From contig CM126207.1 of NCBI GenBank assembly GCA_052327205.1, forward strand, positions 51,770,001 through 51,834,000: 64,000 bases of DNA, written 5' to 3'. A model generated the notes under the pieces. It was not told where the DNA came from, searched no databases, and saw nothing but the letters and a program-made list of their open reading frames with translations. Below are positions 62,952 to 64,000 of this stretch, piece by piece; within the stretch, counting starts at the first letter, position 1; each line of letters opens with the position of its first letter. The translations under genes were made by a program, and so were the position numbers. The stretch is from Somniosus microcephalus (taxonomy: Eukaryota).

Positions 62952-64000
62952 TTAAAAGTCCATTTTCAATCGGTCGACCGGATATCTTGTTCGTGTCGAC
63001 CTTCTTAACCTTGGTGAAATTCCTTGCCCTCCCACACCAGAAGGCACAGAAGTATCTTCAGCAGGAAGGCTATCCATATCCCGATTTTCAACGGTTTCCA
63101 GATTAGAAATCCCATCAGAAGGTAAACTGGGACGGTCATAAACATCTATCAAGGGCTGATTAATAGAAGTATAATTATCTGCAATCGGATTGGAAATATT
63201 CGTAGTATCTGTAACAGCATCCACATTACCTGAATCATGACTATTGTTAATATCCTCAGAAGAGGGCTGGCCCCCACAAGGAGCCAAGTCTTTAATTGAA
63301 ACAGTACTTTCTTTCCCATCTTGGAATCAAATATGAGCATATTGGGAATTTGCCTCCAACAGCTCCACCTCCTCCACCAAAGGATCATATTTTGACAATC
63401 TAACATGGCGTCGAAGCAGCACAGGTCCCTGCATAGTAAGCCATGAAGGTACCGAATATCCCGTAGTAGATCTCCGCGGATAGTTAAAGAGCCTTTCATG
63501 GGGGGTCACATTAGTAGCCGTTGAAAGCAATGATCTAATGGAATGCAGGGCATCAGGCAGTACCATTTCCCACTGTGTATTCTTAAGGTTCCGGGATGTC
63601 AAAGCCAACATAACTGCCTTCCAGATCACCCCATTGTATCGTTCGCACTGTCCATTACCCTGGGGATTATACGGGGTAGTTCTACTAGTAGAAATTCCCC
63701 GACTCTGAAGGTATTCCTTCAACTGGGAAGACATAAAAGAACTTCCCTGATCCGAATGGATATACGCAGGCATCCCAAAGATGACAAAAAGTTGAGTCAG
63801 ACATTTAATAACTGTAGCAGCTGATACATCTGCACAAGGAAAAGCAAAAGGGAACCTTGAAAACTCATCCACAACAGTAAATATATATCGGTTTTGAGTA
63901 GTTGAAGGAAGAGGCCCCTTAAAATCGACGCTCAAACGTTCAAAAGGAGAAGTAGCCTTTATAAGATGAGCTCGTTGAGGCTTAAAGAAATTCGGTTTAC
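62952..64000 (-). mobile_element. Ty3/Gypsy-type LTR retrotransposon integrase (pol 3' end), truncated by the window
   Basis: rve motifs SVDFKGPLP, VVDEFSRF, HSDQGSSF, PYNPQGNGQCERYN and C-terminal LRRSTRTRYPVDRL. One in-frame stop at 63327-63329. Confidence 0.92.

Overview
Vertebrate genomic DNA, most likely a cartilaginous fish (inferred from the repeat families: CR1, L2, Deu-domain SINEs and Penelope-type ends). It holds the 3' half of ACAP2 on the + strand (PH, ArfGAP and ankyrin exons, about 5.4-47 kb) followed by the promoter and first coding exon of XXYLT1, the same gene order as in human. I rebuilt the ACAP2 exon chain by hand from GT-AG junctions, and all splice phases agree. The ORF track misses its alternative-splicing layer: a 12-nt microexon (AALQ), a candidate 21-nt microexon (KKTPHIR) in the PH beta1-beta2 loop, a symmetric 102-nt cassette exon, tandem splice sites, and two mutually exclusive C-termini (ACAP3-like by intron read-through, ACAP2-like by splicing). 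The introns and intergenic DNA contain nested transposons: a single-ORF CR1-clade LINE family with a bipartite SINE-like derivative, Tc1/mariner MITEs carrying RFX X-box motifs, Harbinger-type MITEs plus a fossil Harbinger transposase, Penelope-type ends with minimal hammerhead-like motifs, Vingi-like and RTE LINEs, and a Gypsy-type integrase with its 3' LTR. Comparisons to human proteins and repeat families are from memory, not database searches.
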